The position numbers and the translations under genes are program-made. From Felis catus (taxonomy: Eukaryota), in NCBI RefSeq assembly GCF_018350175.1, contig NC_058368.1, positions 88,414,001 to 88,478,000 of the forward strand: a DNA stretch of 64,000 nucleotides. The letters are read 5' to 3'. The notes under the pieces were generated by a model, which made no database searches, had not been told where the DNA came from, and saw nothing but the letters and a program-made list of their open reading frames with translations. Every line of letters begins with the position of its first letter. The stretch's first letter is position 1. This document shows positions 1 to 12,915 of this stretch, one piece after another.

Positions 1-93
1 TCTTCCAAACCAAGAAGTGCCACATGTGACAATTCTGGACCATCCAAACCAAGAGATGCCACATGTGAGCAGCTTCTTGCTCCATGTTGTTCT

Positions 94-263
94 TTTTTTA
101 AAGTTTATTTATTTTGAGAGTGTGAAAGAGAGGGAGAGAGAATCCCAAGCAGCCTCCACACTGTCAGCACAGAGCCCAACATGGGGTTCAGTCTAATGAA
201 CCTTGAGATTATGACCTGAGCCAAAAACAATCAGATGCTTAACCAACTGGGCCACCTGGGTGG
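94..263 (-). mobile_element. Can-SINE (tRNA-derived carnivore SINE)
   Basis: Poly-T, then (GA)n, then gaatcccaagcag...gcacagagccc...gagattatgacctgagcc...ttaaccaactgggccacc, the reverse complement of the Can-SINE body. Confidence 0.9.
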
Positions 264-2289
264 CTTATGTTGGATGATCTGCACACTCCTTGGGCCTGGC
301 AGACGTGAGCCCTGCTGTGTGTGTAGGTGACACTTGCAGCCACTGGGGAGGAAGGGATAACTCAGAATTGACCCCTAATTCACCTAGCTCTTGCTTCTGT
401 AGGCTGTCTGTTGGGATGCTACTGGAAGTCTGTGACGGGACACACAGGAAGTTATGTAGGGCCTTGGAGGCTTTCTGGCATGTCTGGTGTAGCCCTTCAG
501 CCTCTGGTCTTGGGGAAGGATATGGGAGGGCACTCCAGTAAGCTCAGGGCAGTGTGTGTTTCCTACGGATTGGAGGCATTCTGGTATTGGTAAGGGAGCG
601 ACTGTGGTGCCCATGGATGGTCATTTCTGGTGACACCCCTCACCTGTCAGGCTACATCTTTCAGCCTCCTCATGGGAAATTTTGGCACTCCTGTCACATA
701 ACCAAGGCACAGGCCTTGACCAGAGTGACCATAGTGTCCCCGTCTAGGGCATTTCTGGAGTAAGCTATTGTGCAAGGCATTGTGGGGATGCTTATGGGAT
801 GAGGCCCAGCTGTAGCTCTAAATTCTGCATCACAAACCTTTCCCCTGGACAAGAAGCCAGCAGGAAAAGGAATTCTGAGGTCAGAGACCACCTCCCAGGA
901 GGTGTTAAGTGTAGGTAGAGTGGACCATGGGAGGTCCTTGGGGAGGCTTGCAGAGGCTAAGTCCTGCCTGCTCTCAGTACATTTACTAATAACCTTTCTC
1001 TGGCCTCATCCTTTCCATATGTGTTCTCCCTTGCTTCTGGCTTTTGTTTTGTTTTTACGATTTTTCCCACTATGGGCTGATGGAGTTCCAGAGTATGACC
1101 TTGAAAACTGTTAATTTTTCAATCCTTGTCAGAAGAAATCTCAGCAAGAGAAGCAGAAGTTTCCCTCTTCCTCCAAATTGTAATAATACAGCTACTGTCC
1201 TGGGAGAGGCAACAGTCCTGGCAAGGGCTGTATAAAGACTCCCAAATTTGAGTGGTTGTTCCCATACCTGAGAACGTACCTCTGACCGCTAAATGCCAGG
1301 AATTCTGAGGGGCTGCCTCTGCTCCTGTCCAGGGTCACAATACTGATGTGACCATGTCCTCCGAGGGAAGAGTGGACCTGTCTCGCAGTGGCTGGAGAGT
1401 TGTGGCTGGCCCTTCTCACATCCCACACCTAAAATAAACTGATAACCCTGTAAGACTTCTTACTGCATGAGGAGTGAGTCTGTTTCATTTAAACACAGGA
1501 AATGAAAGGACGAAATCACAACTCCCAGCTGTCGTAGAAAGAGGATTTTAATATGGTATTCACCTGTAGCTTCTACATTTATGTTCAATATTGTCCAAAT
1601 CAGTAAGCCCTTTTTTGTTTTTTTACCTGTTGTGCAAAAATTCAGTTACTCTCTCACCTCCTCTGAAATGGTCCCCTCCCACTGACCCCATCTCCTGTGG
1701 TCTCAGAGCCCTTCAGTGGCACTCATCTGCCTTTCCTCACCTGGTTAAGAGCAAAGTATGTGAAGGGGCCTTTCCTCCTGGGGGAGGATGGGGTGGAGAT
1801 GGGGCTTGGCAGGACTCTCACTCTCCGTCGGCCTTGATGGTGGAATCTGAGAGTCCATCTATCCGACAAAGGCTGGAGCACTGGCAAGCAGAGCCAGGCC
1901 TCTTGGCAGGGTCCTGGGGAGATGTAGACAAGAAGAGATAACTGCTGTCATCAGACCCAGTAGGTGCTTCATTCACCACGAGTGAGTGCTTCATGGTGCC
2001 TGTGGGCACAGGTGGCAGTGACCTGTACTGTGCTCATTGGCAGTGCTCCTTAGGGTCAGCAGGTCCTCAGGTTCCTGGAAAGCAGAAGGTACTGAAGGCA
2101 GCAGGTGGTCCACAGAAGGCCAGGTCGACCTATCAACTGTCCGGCATCATGCCCAGCCATGGGAGAGATTCAGTGATGAGACCAGAGTCTGGTGGTGGCC
2201 TGGGCTGACATGTTGGGAGGGAAGTGGTGCTGGCTGCCCGGGTCAGCCACAACCTAGAGAAGGTGGTCAGAAGATGCCCTTCATGAACT

Positions 2290-3246
2290 AGAAACAAAGA
2301 AAACTAAACTGAAAGAATAAATGTTAGAGGAGAGATTAATGAAGAACAGAGCAGTAGAGAAAATCAGCAAAACTTTTTTTCTGGGGAAAAATGCAAAAAT
2401 TGTCAAGCCTTACCTAGGTTGACTAAGAGAAATCTAGACGGGGATTAGAAACAGAGTTTGAAAAACACTGCCAACCCTACAGAAATAAAAGGGTTTATTA
2501 AAAGAGACTGCGAACAATTGAACAGCAACAAATTGGATAATCTTGATGAAATGTAAAAATTCCTAGAAGCACAGGAACTACAAAACATTCTACTGGTGAA
2601 TCCTACCAAACATTTAAAGAAGAATTAATACCAGTTCTTCCCATCTGACAAATCCAAGAGGAGGGAACATTTCTGATTTCTACAAGGCTAAATTACCCTA
2701 ATACCAAACAAAGCTAAAGACCCCACAGGAAAACTATAGATCAATATCCTCTATGATACAGGTGCAAAAATGCCCCAATAAATCATAGCAAACAGAATCC
2801 AGCAGTAAATTAAAAGATTATACACTATGGCCAACGGATTTACCCCAGGGATTGAAAGGTTGTTCCATATATGAAAATCTATTATATTAGAATGGAGGAG
2901 AAAAAATTTACACAATCATCTCCACTGCTGCAGAAGGAGTATTTGACAAAATCCAACATGCTTTCACAATAGGAGTACTCAGTAAAGGAGAAATAATGGG
3001 AAATGTCCTCAACGTGATAAGGGCATGTATGAAAAATCCACAAGTACCATCATGCACAGCTTACTGACAGCTTTCTCCCTAAGGTCGGGAACAGAGACAC
3101 CCACTCCCACCACCCCTACTCAACATTTCACCGAAGGTCTGGATGGAGCAATTAGGCAAAAAAAACTAAAACATCCAAATTGGAAAATAGGAGGTAAGAC
3201 TGTCCATTAACAGATGACAAGATCTTGTATGTAGAAAATCCTAAAG

Positions 3247-3289
<43 letters not shown>

Positions 3290-4790
3290 CTGTTAGAGCT
3301 AATAAATTCAGTCAGGCTGCAAGATACAAGGTAAATGGAATAGAATTGAGACCCAAGAATTAAACCCATACATGTGTGGTCAGTGGATTTTTCAACAAAG
3401 GCACCAAGACCATCCAATGAAGGAAAACAAACTTCAAACAGTAGTGTTGGGGAAAGTGAATATCCATATGCAAAAGAGTAAAGCTGAAGCCTTACCTCAC
3501 ACCATATATAAAGATTAACTCAGAATAGATCCAACACCTAAATTTAAGAGCTAAAATTCTAAAACTGTTAGACAAAAAACACGGGCCAACCTTCATGTCA
3601 TTTGATTTACACTGGTTTCTTGAATATGACACCAAAAGCACAGGCAATAAAATATAAAACAAATTGGACAGCATCAAAACTTAAAACTTGTGTGTGTCAG
3701 TGCTGCCTGGGTGGCTCAGTTGGTTAAGCGTCCAACTTCAGCCCAGGTCACGATCTCATGGTTTGTGAGTTTGAGCCCCACATCAAGCTCTGTGGTGACT
3801 GCTCAGAGTCTGGAGCCTGCTTCAGATTCTATGTCTCCCTCTCTCTTTGCCCCTCCCTAGCTCACGCTCGCACTCTCTCTGTCAAAAATAAAAAAAATTT
3901 GTGTGTCAAAGGACACAAGAGGTAAGGAAACAACCCACATGATGGTAGAAAATACTTGCAAATAATAAATATGATAAGAGTCTTTTATCGATAAAACACA
4001 GACATTGCAGTGATACCATTTCACACCTGCAAAGGTGACTATAATTTAAAAAACAAGGAACAACAAGTGTTGGTGAGGTTGGAGGCCTCATACATCCCTG
4101 GAGTCGGGGTGGGAGATGTACAATGGTGCAGCCTTTGTGCAAAACACTGGCAGTTTCTGAAGAAGTTAGACACAGACTTGCCATTTGACTCAGCAATTCT
4201 TCCCACACAGTTGAAGACAGACACTCAAACACACGTCTGTACACGAACATTCATAGTAACGTTATTTGCAATAGCCAAAAAGTGGAAACAACCCAAATGT
4301 TCATCAGCAACAGATAAGTAAATTTGTGGATATGGATATGGGATGAATAAAGGCCATTTCTTTACATGTACACTGAAATATTTGGCCACAATACGGATCA
4401 TATACTGGGACATGACACAGCATGGATGGGACTTCAAAAATACTATACTTGGTGACAGAAGCCACACACAAAACCACAGATTGGTTCCACTTAAATGTGC
4501 AAAATAGGTAAAACTATAGAAACAGAAAAAAGATGATTGGTTTCCAGGGCCCAGGGGTAATGAAGAGGGACCACTTCATGAGGGGGGATAGGGTTTCTGT
4601 TTGAGGTGATGAAATGTTCTGAAACTAGACAGTGGTGGTGGTTTCAGAGCATTGCAAATGTACTTAATGCTGGTGAATTGTACAATTTAAAATACTTTAA
4701 AAGAAAATTTTTATTTTATATAAATGTTATAACAAAACACTTAATTGTAAAGTATAAAAAGAAAAAGCGACAAAAGAAAAAATAGGAAAG
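2290..4790 (+). mobile_element. Old L1 fragment (ORF2 pieces plus 3' UTR), with an internal (CA)n and a SINE
   Basis: ORF2-like peptides AFSLRSG and FIVTLFAIAKKWKQPKCSS, many stops, L1M-type 3' UTR ending in an A-rich tail near 4790. Confidence 0.85.
3701..3897 (+). mobile_element. Can-SINE inserted in L1
   Basis: gcctgggtggctcagttggttaagcgtcc...(CT)n...A tail, flanked by a ttgtgtgt(gt)ca duplication. Confidence 0.9.
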
Positions 4791-4799
4791 AAGAGAGCA

Positions 4800-5950
4800 A
4801 GCCAGGCTCTGGTTATGGAGTTGGCACTGGAGGTGAGCTGACTCTTGCTCTGGAGCCGGTGCAGGTGTGGATCTGCTCTCAGAGATGGAGCTAGAGCCTG
4901 TACTTCAGCTGGCCTGGAAGTGGGTGTTTGAGCTGCCTCTAGCTCTGGAGCTGGTGGTAGTGATGGTACTTGAGCTCTTTCTAACTCTGATGGAGCTAGC
5001 ACTGTTGCTGTACTGGTTCTAGCTGTGGAGCTGGTGCTATAGCTGCTCTTCCTCTAAACCTGGCACTGGCTCTGATGCCATAGCTCATGCCAGAGCTGGC
5101 TCTCGCCCTTATGCTGGTGCAAAATCTGGCACTGGTGTGGGCTCTGGCTCTGGAACTAGTTCTAGACTTGGTGGTGGAGCTAGCTCTTGCTCAGAACTTG
5201 GTGCTGTTTCTAACTCTGAGATTATTTTTGGATCCAGAGCTCATGCTAGAGCTATTGCTGGAACTGGCATAGGAGTGGGTGACATAGTCTCTATCTCTGG
5301 GGTTGGTGCCAGACCTGATGATGGAGCTGACTGTAGCTCAGAGGATGGTGAATACCCTCACTCTGGAACTAGCACTGGAGCCAGTGCCAGAGCTGGCTCA
5401 AACTTGGGAGCTGATGTAAGAGCTCGTGCTGTAGTTGACCCCATCTCTCTATCTGGTGCCAGAGATGGTGCTAGAGTTGGTTCTGAACCTGGCTTTGAAT
5501 CTTTTCTTTTTCTTTCTCCCTTCCTTCCTTCCCTCCCTCCTTCCTTCCTTCCCTTCCTTTCCCTCCTTCCCTTCCCTCCCCTCCCTCCCTCCTCCTCCTC
5601 CTCCTCCTCCTCCTCCTCCTCCTCCTCCTCCCCCCTCCCTCCCTCCCTTCCTTCCTTCTTTCCTTACTTCCTTCATTCCTTCCTTCCTTCCTTCCAGAGC
5701 TGGCAACAGAGCTGACTTTACCACTGGAGCTGGTGCTAGAAATGGCTCTCACTGTAATAATTTTGCAGATGCTGGGGCTAGCTCTGGAGCTGTGGTGGAG
5801 TTGGAAATGGACCTTGTGCCAGAACTCATGCTCAAGCTATCTCTGGAATTGACTTCAACTCTGGAGATGGTAGACTGATGCTCACAGAGCAGTTGCTAAA
5901 GCTGGCAACACAGCTGTCATTAGCTCTGGATCTGGCTTCAGAGCTGACAT
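4800..5950. repeat. Degenerate ~6-bp-period (GCTGGA/GAGCTG-like) array, interrupted by a (CCTT)n/(CCT)n tract at ~5501-5695
   Basis: Recurrent ggagctgg/tagctctgg/gagctggtgct. Translations give LELALEL and GAGA-type low-complexity peptides with stops. Confidence 0.75.
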
Positions 5951-7949
5951 GAACTGCAGGCAGAGGAATGTTCAACCAACATGATTACCTTTCCATGTGA
6001 CTTTCCAAAAACAGAAAACACCCTATTGCCTTTAAGAGAAACCCAAGCCAACCCAAGAGCCATGTCCCAGGAAGGGTTCCCAGACTAGAGTTCACCAAAG
6101 GAGTGGGCTGAGGCCACTCTCTGCTCCTGTGTTTGTGGCCCAGCCCCCTCTTCCATCATCATAGCAGCCACCCTAATTCTTCTGACCCTCTGGCTCTGCC
6201 TCAGTTGGCTTCCACTGGGTGAGGAACATCTGGGCAGAGCAGCAGGTCCAGACCAGGCACGTTAAGTTGTGCTGGTCCACTAGCATTTTGGGGAGAAAGG
6301 TATGGAAACTGACAGAGATCCTCTGGGGACTGGTCCAGCCAGGCACCCAGGATTGGAGAGAAGGTGCTGGGGGAAGGCAGGCAGACAGCAGAGTCAGAGG
6401 ACACCCAGGAAGACACTCCCATAACAGTACCCATACGCTTCAAACCCCAAAGGCCCACACTTGGAGGTGTAGCCCCTCCATCAAGGAGGGGACAGTCCCC
6501 CTGAAGCAGGGAACTGAAACAGATGTCTACTATCCCTCTTCTGCCTAGAAATTCACCTTTAGGGAGCAGCCAAGGTAGGGCCTAGAGGGTTGCTATCTAC
6601 CAGTTGGATGAGGGCTAACCCCCAGTATCTTCCAGGGAGTGGAGCTTCCCTCGGCCAAGGCCATCAGCTCAGCTGGAAGGGTCTTCCCTCTCCGGAAGCC
6701 TACTCCTTTCCCCTTGTTCCATTTAGGGGTTAGGGTCCCCGAGGACCTCCTCGGACACTGCCAGCTTCTGGCAGTGGCAACAGGAAGGCTGACCTTTGAG
6801 AGGAGAATCTCTCAAACACCCCTCACTGGAAAGTTAGGCAAGAGCATGGACCAGGGCCCGATTGTGGTGAGAACAGTCGTGAGGGTGGGGCCTGGGTGAG
6901 CCCTCAGTAGGTACAGCTGGCCATCAGCTGGCCATCTTGGACCTGCACTCCTAATGTCAGGTCATATGACCCCTCATCTCTCTCTCCCCAGACAAACAGG
7001 GCCTCATCCTGACAACCTCCTGCTTTCTCTGCTCCACCCTAATTTTCTCCTCGTCACCAACAATGGGACACCATGGAGGCAAGAAGTGATGTGGCCAGGG
7101 GGTTAGGGTAACTGAAGTCACAGTGGTGGCTTGGGCTCTCCTGTGTTATTCTTGGGTCCCTCTTGCCAAATGGCCACAGGCACTGGGGTGAGGGCTGAGC
7201 CAATGTCTATAGCAACAGAAAAGGCTGTCATTTGGGTTTTCTGAGCCCAGAGCTTCAGGAAGTCAGTACACATCAGGAGGACACTTTGCTCGGGGCAGTA
7301 TCTCTGTGCAAGTGAGCTGGTAAGGGCTGTCTCTAGAATGTGGGTGCCCAAGGTATCTTGGGGACCTATCACCAAGGAACTGAGGTCTCTTCTTAGGGTC
7401 CCCCTCCCTGGGCCCCTCCTCAGATAGGATAGGGGCCCCCCAAAAGGCCCCTCTGGGCTTCTGACTGCTCACCCTGCTTCCCCAACCCACGTCCATACAC
7501 AGTTACACCAACACGGCCCCCAAGATGGCCTGGGTGCAGCCAGGACCCCAGCTCTGAGGACACAGAGGACACAGACCTGACTGTTCTGTAACCCTGGATG
7601 AATCACTGCCTGTCAGGCATCTCCACTGCACAGTGGGAATTATCCAGCATTTACTTCCCAGGGATGTGATCAGGTACATGTGAGATGCCCCTTCCAGGCA
7701 GAGAAGTGGTGTCTGTCCCATGTAGCTCAGACACTGAGATGTAGCCTGGGGCCTGGGTGCCGGTGGCCTGACCTCCCCCTCCTGCCCTCATGCCCCAGTC
7801 TGCACCGTGAGGGGCCTGAAATAGCAGAAAGGCAGATAGCTTTCCATTCTGGCATCACAAGTTCAATGGCCTGTTGCCATGTTTAGGATCAGACCAGAGT
7901 GCCTTGTCTTGGCCATGTGGTGGCATCCTGGCAACCCCCACTTCCTGGA

Positions 7950-8440
7950 GCCTACATCCTTCTGTAATGTGCCCCCGCCCCTGCCCTGAGCAGGGAGGCC
8001 TGGTCACTCCTGTCTAACTGTGAAGGATGCAAAGTGCGAGGCTGTCACCTTCCAGATGCCACTGCAAGAAGCCCAAGGCTCTGTCTTGTTCATTGTCTCC
8101 TGTATTCCCTCCTGTGTTTTTCTCTATCTGCATCTGCCCCTCTCTATGCCTCTCTCCCTCTCTGTGTCTCTGTCCCTCTATCTAAATGACTCCCCCTGAC
8201 CCCTGGCTATGGGAGAACAAGCTGCCTTTTTATGTGCTGCCTTGTGGAGAACCCCACGTGGCAACGAACTGAAGGAGGGCCCTGGCACCCTCTGTCAAGG
8301 ACTCAGGAGTGAGGGGTAGGAGGACTCAGGTAGAGGGGCATCCCCAGTTGAGCCTCAGTGGAGAGCACAGCCCAGCCTCCTGGGAGACCCTGAGGCCAAG
8401 GCTCCTGCTAAGCCTGTGAGGCACTGCAGGCTGTGAGCCA
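7950..8440. mobile_element. MaLR (MLT1-like) LTR remnant
   Basis: gtggagaaccccacgtggcaacgaactgaagg and ccccagttgagcctcag...agcacagcccagcc resemble MLT1 motifs as recalled. Confidence 0.5.
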
Positions 8441-8539
8441 GGAAGCTTTGGGCAGGGTGACCGAAGGCCATAGATGGATAGATTGATAGGTAGCTGATGC
8501 CCTCTGCCAGGCTCTGCCTGCCTCCCATGACTGCCTTGC

Positions 8540-8905
8540 TCCTTCTCCTCCACTCTCTTCCCTCCCCTTCTCCTTCCTCCTTCCTCTCTGCTCTCTCCCC
8601 CCCCTCCCCTTCTTCTCTTTCCTCCCTCCCCCTCCCCCTACCACCTCCCCTCTCTCCACCGTCCTCCCACCTCTCTTCTCCCTCTGTCTTCCTCCTTCCT
8701 CCTCCTCTACATTCCTCCCCCTCCCCTTCGCCTTCCTCCCTTCCCTCCTCCCCTCCCCCTTCTTCTTCCTCCCTCTTCTCTTCTCCTTCCCCCCTCCTCC
8801 ACCTCCTCCTCCTCCTTCCTGGTCCTCCTCCCCATCCTCCCCTCCCCTTCTTCTCTCTCCTCATCTCATCTCTTTCACTCCCTCTTCTTTCCTTCTCTCC
8901 CCTCC
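8540..8905. repeat. Polypyrimidine/polypurine low-complexity tract
   Basis: ~360 nt almost entirely C/T on the + strand; the source of the Ser/Pro- and Glu/Gly-rich spurious ORFs. Confidence 0.95.
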
Positions 8906-9135
8906 GCCCTGTACTGGCTTTTCTCCTTGCACATGCGTTTGCTTTTGCCCCTCTACCCTCCAGACCGTGAGCTCCTGGAGGGCAGGGGCCACCCAGAACT
9001 GTGGCATCGGGGCCGAGTGCTTGGTGTCAGTAGGTGAAGGAGGAGGTGAGGGGATGCGGAGTCTCTCGCACCCGTGAGCAGCTAGCATTTGGGACCCGGA
9101 ATTATCGTCTGGCCCGCTCTGGCGGTGGGAGCGGC

Positions 9136-9166
9136 CCTCCCCCTGGTGGACGGCGCTGGAACTGCA
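9136..9166 (-). promoter_or_regulatory. Candidate CTCF site (core plus upstream U motif) in a CpG-rich patch (~9050-9430)
   Basis: Minus strand reads TGCAGTTCC-AGCGC-CGTCCACCAGGGGGAGG. Core matches CCACCAGGGGGCGC at 12/14, with the TGCAGTNCC motif at a 5-nt spacer. Confidence 0.7.
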
Positions 9167-10179
9167 TCCCAGGCGGGACACCTGGAGCCAAACCCGCCTG
9201 TGCCTGTGAGCAGGTGGGGGCTCCCCAGTGTCCAGTGGGCGGAGGAGCCGGCGGCAGGCTCCCCTGTTCCCTCACAAGGTCGCCTCAATAGGCGGCCACA
9301 TCCCCACTGCCAAACTAAGACCCGAGGCTCTAGTGAGGATGGTCACCTCTCTAAATCATGCTGGAGTCAGAATCCAGTGCTCGGCATGTGCCGAACCACA
9401 CCAGCTCCTGGCCCCCGAGTCCCCACGCGACCCTACTAAAAGGACCACCAGGGTTCCCAAACACAGTGGGCCATCCCTAGAGGACCAAGTCCAACCCACG
9501 CTTCTCTGATCATGTGGAACCCTTTGGGTCACCCACTTCACACACCCGACTTGTAAGGGAAGAAACTGAGGCCTTCTCTCCTGTAGTCCTCTCACCAGGG
9601 AAGGCTGCTCATCCTAGTTCCAGGTGTCTGCCATGGTGGACACAGAACCCCAAGCCCTGTCCTTTCCAGAGTGTTTCACCGGTGGCCCCAACCCAGGCGG
9701 GCCCCACAAACCATCAGCCCAGCACCTGTACCCTCCTCTTTCTCTGGGCCTGGGCATGCTGCTAGGGGACTGGATGCATGGCAGTCCTGGCCCATGGCAG
9801 AGCTGTCTTCAACCTCTTCAAGTCTTCTTTCCCCTTGCCACCTCCAGTGCCTGCTTCTCCTCTGGGTCCCCATCCATGCTCCCTACCTGGACGTCCCTGT
9901 GGGGGTGGGACTTGGAGGGTGTGCAGAGGAACAGACCCTACATGGGTAGTGGTAGACAGAGTCTCTCATGTCCCTGGAAGATCTTATTCCCAAAACATGC
10001 CCCATGGGAGGGGCTGAGTGAGGGGAGCAGGTCGAGTGTCTGAGACAGGGGTCCAGTGCCAACAACACCGGCCATCAGGGAGTTAGCTTCTGGGTCGGCG
10101 TAAGGCTGGGGTTTCTGATTGGGTTTGAGGTCAGGTTTGAATTTGGGTTTATTGTTTAGAGTTCAGATTCCAAATGGAA

Positions 10180-11950
10180 TTGCAAGATCACATCTTAAAT
10201 GTACGTTCTGCTTTTTTGAAAAACTGCCAGACCCTTTTCCACAGTGGCTGAGACATTTTACATTCTCATTCATAACATGCTAGGATGCCAATTTCTCCAT
10301 GTCTGCACCAACTCGTGTTCATGTCCACTGTTTCTGTAATAGCCGTTCTAATAGATGTGAAGTGCACCTCTCTGTGGTCTTGATTTGCATTTCCCTGACG
10401 GGCTTCATGGGAGTCCACTCCAACCCGGCCCCTCAGTGCCTTCCATCACCCTATTCTCTTAATCTCCCCTGTCTCTTTACCCTCTGTAATGTTTCCTTTC
10501 CCCTCACATCATAGAAACCGGAGCGCACAGCGTGTAGTCTACTTGGGTGAGTTTTTTTGTGTGTGTGTCGTCATATCCATTAAGATCCATCCATTTCTTT
10601 GCGTGGCTTGAGACCATTCTTTCATATTGTTGAACAGTATTCCATTCATGGATGCTTACATGTCCCTCATGCGGCTATTGATACACCTTTTGAAGGATAC
10701 CCTGATTTTTACAAGTATTTGGCCATCACGAAGAGATGATGTGCATAATTGCACACAGGATTTTGCGTGACATGAATTTCAAAGCGGTTGTCCAAATACC
10801 CAAGAATGCAATCATTTACCTTTGGGAAGAGCTGCCCAACTGTCTTCCAAAGTGGCTGTGCCATTGTGCATCTTACCTACAGTGAATGAAACTTCCTGTT
10901 GCTATTTTTTCCCTTTAACATCTTAGCTATTGTGGTAGGCATACAGTGCTATGTTGCTGTTTTCATTTGCTTTTCCTTACTGACAAATTGTTGACCATTA
11001 TTTTGTATGCTTGTCATTGGTATATCTCATCTGGTTCACTGTGTTTGCACATATTTACCAATTTTATTTGGATTGTTTGTCTCGATTTCTTTTGGGGTTT
11101 CTTTGTATGTATTTTTTCTTTGTACATTTTCCATAGAAGTCCTCTTTCAGATGTGTTTTCCAAATATTTTCTCCCAATCTGGCTTATCTTTTTGCTCTCT
11201 TAACAAAACATTCACAGAGAGGCATTTTAAATTTTAATAAGGTAAACGCCAGCAAAATTTTTTAATGGGCTGGCTTTTGGTGTTTTATTTAAAAAATGAA
11301 TCAACCATCCCAAGGTCATGTAGATTTTGCCTGTGTAATCTTTATAGTTTTGCATTTGAAAATTTATGTCTATTTTGTTTACTTATGTTTATTTTGAGTG
11401 AATGCTTACATGTGTATTCATATTTCCCCCATCTCCCAATTGTTCTATCACCGTTTGTGGGACAGACTTTCCTCAGCATTGATTTACCTTTGTCCCTTTG
11501 ACAAATCAATGACTACATTCACATGGCTCTATGTTGTGCTTTGCTGTTTTCTTTATTCCTTCACCAATATCACACTCTCCTCACTGCTGTAGCTTTATGA
11601 CAAGAACCCACATGTGTGGGTTCTTCAACTGTGTTCCTCAGTCTTACATCATCTAGTCTCAGTGTGGACCATTTGTCAGTATCTGTGATGGTAATTTGAT
11701 GAGGGCCATGGAATCTGTAGATCAAGGTAGAAGGAATCGCCATGGCAACAATTTTGAGTGTATTGCTCCTGAACAAGTAATATTTCTGCATTTATTTCTA
11801 TTTCAATTTATCTCCCAACCCATGTCTCAGTTTTCTCTGAATGCATATTATATATATACTTGGTTAGATTTATATTATGAACTTTAATTTTTTGCCCTGG
11901 TACTGTAGCTTGTTTTCATTTCAAATTTCAATTTGTTTTATGCATCATTG
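10180..11950 (-). mobile_element. Old antisense L1 fragments
   Basis: aaactgccagacccttttccacagtggctg, ttgatttgcatttccctga and ccaactgtcttccaaagtggctgtgccatt are reverse L1 ORF2/3' end motifs. Confidence 0.8.
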
Positions 11951-12022
11951 CTGATTGTCTTAGTCTATCTGGGCCTCTATAACAGAACACCACAGACAGG
12001 GGCTTACAAACAGTAGACATTT

Positions 12023-12222
12023 GGGGGTGCCCGAGTGACTCAGTCAGTTAAGCATCTGACTTTGGACTGTGGTGCAGGTCATGATCTCAGGGTTCATGGG
12101 ATTGAGCCCCTGAGTCAGACTCTGTGCTGACAGCATGGAGCCTGCTTGGGATTCTCTCTCTCTCCCTCTACCTGCCCTCTCTCTCTCTCTCTCTATCTCA
12201 AAATAAACAAAAAAACTTAAAA
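12023..12222 (+). mobile_element. Can-SINE
   Basis: gggggtgcccgagtgactcagtcagttaagc...A tail; target-site duplication aacagtagacattt on both sides. Confidence 0.92.
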
Positions 12223-12371
12223 AGAACAGTAGACATTTATTTATCATACTTTTGGATGCTGAAAGTCTGAGACCAGGGTGGCAGGATGATAGGGCGAGGG
12301 CTCACTCTCTGGTGACAAACTTCTTGTTGTGTCCTCACATGGAGAGAAGGGGCTAGGGGTTCTTTTATAAG

Positions 12372-12697
12372 GGGAACAATGTGGGGGTTAGGACTACCAA
12401 CCCCCCATGCAGTGAAACATTCATGTATAACTTTAGATTCCACAAACTTCTCTACTAACAGCCTACTGTTGAGCAGAAGCATTACTGATAATGTAAACAG
12501 TTCACTAACATATATTTTTATATGTGTTTCATATACAGTAGCCTTACAATAAAGTAACCTAGCAAAGATAAGACTTTATTAAGAATATCATAAGGAAGAG
12601 AAAATACATTTACAGTGCTGTTCTGGATTTATTTTTAAAAATTCACATATGAGTGGACCCATGCATTTTAAGGACCCTTGTTCAAGGGTCCACTGTA
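12372..12697. mobile_element. Tigger2a-like Tc1/mariner DNA transposon fragment
   Basis: Ends with ttgttcaagggtccactgta, a Tigger2-type TIR plus TA; internal agcctactgttgagcagaagc. A related reverse-oriented fragment lies at ~19630-19890. Confidence 0.7.
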
Positions 12698-12915
12698 ATC
12701 CCAGTCACCAGAATGCCACCCCAATGATCTAATCACCTAGAGGTCCCTCATTCTAGCACCATCACATTGGGGGTTTGGATTGAATATGTGAACTTTGGGG
12801 AAGCTCAAACATTCATACCATAGCACTGATATGTCAATTATTTCATTTTAGACATCTGCATTAATAAAGAAATAATATCACTGCTGATTCATGTTAACTT
12901 TCTTTGCAACATTTT

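Larger units (their letters stand above)
11958..12825. mobile_element. MaLR (MLT1-like) LTR carrying a nested Can-SINE and a Tigger2a-like element
   Basis: tgtcttagtc...aacagaacaccacagac...gtgtcctcacatggagag...accatcacattgggggt...acattcataccatagca. Confidence 0.7.

Noticed and set aside
4..68. Direct repeat tccaaaccaaga..tgccacatgtga
   Set aside because: Only two units of a local tandem duplication, cut by the window edge; not an array.
5137..5878. Ser/Pro/Gly-rich ORFs
   Set aside because: Produced by the degenerate hexamer array and the (CCTT)n/(CCT)n tract.
8355..8970. Glu/Gly-rich and Ser/Pro-rich ORFs
   Set aside because: Artefacts of the polypyrimidine tract.
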